Source of the DNA: Bugula neritina
Taxonomy: Eukaryota; Animalia; Bryozoa
Reading direction: 5' to 3'
Length of the DNA stretch: 64,000 nucleotides
Assembly: GCA_964035545.1 (NCBI GenBank)
Contig: OZ037766.1
Location: forward strand, 14,498,722 to 14,562,721
A program made the position numbers and the translations under genes. Below, one piece after another: positions 61,501 to 64,000 of the stretch (within the stretch, counting starts at the first letter, position 1; each line of letters opens with the position of its first letter). Under the pieces are notes generated by a model. The model saw nothing but the letters and a program-made list of their open reading frames with translations, was not told where the DNA came from and searched no databases.

Positions 61501-64000
61501 AGCCCTGACTGAGCGAAATGTTCAAAGATTGATGGGGTCTAAGCTTGCTATTAGCTTTGTTGTTGTGTCATATTTGATCATAAAGCTAAGCGTTATCTTG
61601 CTAGCAGGATTTTGACGATACTACTTGCTGATAACTTATGTTATATATTATATCGTATCAGCTCATTTGGTAGGCTACAGGTAAAACTGAAGATACCATT
61701 TTTCGTAACTGGATATTAAGCTCTGCATTAAACTATAATCTGCACAGTATCATTTGTCTCAATTCAATGATTGGGTTTATTTGTGGCTAATTTTAACATC
61801 TGGCATCCGGCAACATGCTATACTTAGCCAAATTTATAACAGGATGCTGGTCGGCAAAGGCACACGTTTAATAGTTAATTGTTACTTTTTCAATAACTCA
61901 TGTGGGTATATAACTTTGCCATTTCTCTAAGAACCCATGCTGGAAAAGTTTTTTTTAAATTGGGTCAAGGACTTGTTTTCTGTTGTGACAAAGGAACAAT
62001 TATGACTGAATGCCCTTCCTAACACCACCGATGGCCTTTACTGGGATTTAAATCACTGATCTGGTGTTGGCCAAGCCAGTGCTTTAACCACTACACCATG
62101 GCTGCCCCATCAAAACTTTGACATATACAGAATGTATTACACCTCTGTTGCTGTGTTTCTAGTGTCTTTTGCTATTGGTGATGGTGTCTGAAGCCATAAC
62201 TGTGATTTTAAGAGAGAGGAACCATTTCAGGGTGACCCGAGCTCTGCGCCCCTTGTTCCTTCTCGACACTTACTACTGTCGTGGAATACGGAGGTTGGCA
62301 AATAATTTTATTATTATATGCACCATTTAGACTTTCATTATTACGAAAGATGAGTCTTTGCAGCTTTTTTATTTTCAGTTGTTTTATCTAGCTCTTGTAT
62401 CATATACTCGGTTAAAAAGCTGTTCATTAAACCAAGGAAATGCAATTGAAATCTTCTAACTCACCAAATTTTGAAATCTACTTCAAACAAAAATTTAACT
62501 CATGTACCCTATAGTATGACAGTATGGTCAGTGTGGAGATAATTGAGTTTGTAGCAATAAGTTGTCAATAAGCCCAGCAATTTACTCTAGATCATAGAAT
62601 ATAAGTATGGCTGTTGAGAATACATGTATTAGTTAACTATTTGCTGTGAAACTGGCCTCTATACCCACTAAGCTCATATTAGGCATATTTTCAACAAAAA
62701 ACCCATTAGCTGCTAAATGTATACTAATCTACAGTTTGAATGTTTTATAGATTCTGTCGTCAGGTATTTCAGTCTCTGCCGCCCATTCTTGAACTGCTCT
62801 TTCTTCTTCTCTTTGTGATGTTTCTGTTCTCTATACTAGGTAAGTAATTCTGTCTTTTATTATACCAGGTAGTCCGTAACTCTGTTATTTATTATACCAG
62901 GTACTAGGTAACTCTGTTATTTATTATACCAGGTACTAGGTAACTCTGTTATTTATTATACCAGGTACTAGGTAACTCTGTTATTTATTATACCAGGTAC
63001 TAGGTAACTGTTATTTATTATACCAGGTACTAGGTAACTCTGTTATTTATTATACCAGGTAGTAGGTAGCTCTGTCCTTTATTATACCAGGTAGTAGATA
63101 GCTCTGTCCTCTGTTATACCAGGCACTAGGTAAGTAACTCTGATAATAAAGAAACCAGCTCAAAATTGTTATAAAAGTACTGCTACTAGTTTTATTACTA
63201 CTAAACCAATTTCCAGCAAGTTTGTTGAGTCTCTGTTACTCTATAGACTTTATAGTCTATCAGTAGTATAATTTTGTGAATTGAGTTGCTGGAGTTTTGC
63301 TGGACAGGCACTTTGTGTATGTAAGCTTGCTAGTAGGTTGTTCAGCCACTAACACACTTGGTAGGCCTATATCTATTCTATGCTGATAGTTATCAGTGAT
63401 TACTCTCTGTGCGGTTGGCTTGGTTTAGATGTCATGTAATTAGACTATTGTGTTGAAGCATACTAGTCCCTATATCACCTTGTCATCTTACAATATACAA
63501 TAACATATCAAGTACAATTCGAAACAATTGCTGGGTCAAGGGTTGATTACAAGGGATCCAGCTATACTCTAATTACTATAATTAAAAGCTCTTCATTCAA
63601 AGCTCAGTTATAATACCCTGTGCTAGTTTGGTTAGTTTAACTGTGCTAGTTTAACATTGAAAGGCAATTTATGTAAAATACATTATCTGGTCTCCATATA
63701 TAAGTGGTTGTACTCATCATTTCCTATGTGAAAAATTTAAATATCCTTTGACAGGTTTTCCCTACTAAATGAGATATGAATTACTTTAGCTTGGTTCTTC
63801 AGGGGTGCACATACTGAAATGTCTATGGTATAATTTGTATGATCATCCCATAGTTGATCTACTGTGTAATTATTTATGTATATATGACTTGTTGGAATAA
63901 ATTATTTTATTTTTTGCAGGGTTTTATTTGTTCTCTTCCAATGACAACAGCATAGTGAGTATATGTAATATAATACAATCTTTCCCTTTTATTTCTAGTA
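58589..64000 (+). CDS. TPCN1: Two-pore channel 1, 5' part (continues beyond the window)
   Basis: Exons 58589-58652, 59228-59464, 60257-60363, 60580-60693, 62163-62293, 62751-62839, 63920-63954 and 63999->. Motifs [48 protein letters not shown] and [22 protein letters not shown] are TPC1-type. Confidence 0.95.
61975..62108 (-). mobile_element. tRNA-derived SINE copy in a TPCN1 intron
   Basis: The minus strand reads GGGGCAGCCATGGTGTAGTGGTTAAAGCACTGGC (A box) ..GATTTAAATCCCAG (B-box-like) ..GGCCATCGGTGGTGTTAGGAAGGGCATTCAGTCATAATTG. Matches three other copies in the window. Confidence 0.8.
62830..63142 (+). repeat. 32-bp minisatellite (TATACCAGGTACTAGGTAACTCTGTTATTTAT) starting at a TPCN1 exon/intron junction
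   Basis: Units start at 62861, 62893, 62925, 62957, 62989, 63019, 63051, 63083 and 63115. Confidence 0.95.

Noticed and set aside
61975-62108. tRNA gene
   Set aside because: A/B-box-like head only; no complete cloverleaf seen, and it continues into a body shared by four dispersed copies, so it is a SINE.
62830-63142. 32-bp repeats as a CRISPR array
   Set aside because: Head-to-tail units with no unique spacers, in a eukaryotic intron, with no cas genes.
63741-63749. ATATCCTTT as an AT-AC U12 donor in TPCN1
   Set aside because: Lies inside an intron whose flanking exons already join in frame by GT-AG (ILG|FYLFS); no missing coding sequence.

Overview
AT-rich animal (invertebrate-like) nuclear DNA with intron-containing genes. 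I traced eight genes by hand through splice sites and protein motifs: NDUFA6 (+), TIMM23 (+), a ~28-exon HIP1/HIP1R (+, with one U12-type intron), NDUFS8 (-), a SNAPC5-like gene (+), a two-domain DCTPP1-like gene (+), IQCD/DRC10 (-) and the 5' part of TPCN1 (+, running off the window). Mobile DNA comprises a three-layer nest in NDUFS8 intron 1 (a LINE 3' end, split by an Academ-type DNA transposon with TAG..CTA termini and an ACA target-site duplication, itself interrupted by an RTE fragment), four tRNA-type SINE copies, a CR1/L2 3' end and older remnants. Two unexplained features stand out. (1) Seven 0.4-1.8 kb tracts of drifting, strand-mixed period-3/6 sequence, six of them next to gene 5' ends (mostly in first introns), and none in the many internal introns. 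(2) A tandem DCTPP1 whose two halves have lost complementary parts of the active site. All calls come from manual reading, with no database searches. The first 12 kb has no gene I can identify.
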